Below, piece after piece: positions 63,942 through 64,000 of a stretch of 64,000 bases of DNA. Below the pieces are notes generated by a model, which was given only the letters and a program-made list of their open reading frames with translations, was not told the DNA's origin and did no database searches. Each line of letters opens with the position of its first letter. Positions within the stretch are counted from its first letter, which is position 1. Made by a program: the position numbers and the translations under genes. Source of the DNA: Vicugna vicugna (taxonomy: Eukaryota); contig MU058844.1 in NCBI GenBank assembly GCA_013265495.1, forward strand, positions 11,802,184-11,866,183, in the 5' to 3' direction.

Positions 63942-64000
63942 TTATGGAAAAGAGTATGGAGAGTCCTCAAAAAACTGAAACTATGATCCAGCAATCCCAC
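63942..64000 (+). mobile_element. Start of another LINE-1 fragment, directly after a MIR (about 63780-63940)
   Basis: tatggaaaagagtatggagagtcctcaaaaaactgaaactatgatccagcaatcccac matches the L1 ORF2 C-terminal motif. Confidence 0.75.

Overview
AT-rich mammalian genomic DNA, most likely from a camelid (two Vic-1-type tRNA-derived SINEs; I recognised no Bov-A/BovB, PRE-1 or Alu elements). The only well-supported gene feature is the first coding exon of NAV3 (neuron navigator 3) on the minus strand: ATG at 41333, 81 codons, phase-0 donor AAG|GTTAGT at 41091/41090. Positions 1-41090 are NAV3 intron 1. The region right of about 41.9 kb is promoter/upstream sequence, possibly inside the intron of a longer isoform. 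The rest is ordinary eutherian repeat landscape (L1, L2, MIR, MaLR/ERVL/ERV1 solo LTRs, hAT and Tc1/mariner-type elements, microsatellites) with some repeat-poor stretches that may be enhancers. Nearly all other listed ORFs look like chance or repeat-derived frames. I see no convincing novel biological system. The best leads are modest: a uORF-rich NAV3 leader, a hairpin just after the start codon, an antisense exon-like small ORF with a hydrophobic segment, an intact ERV1 solo LTR and a recent 58-bp tandem duplication. Repeat family names and the human NAV3 comparison come from my recall of consensus sequences, not from a database search, and old-repeat boundaries are approximate.
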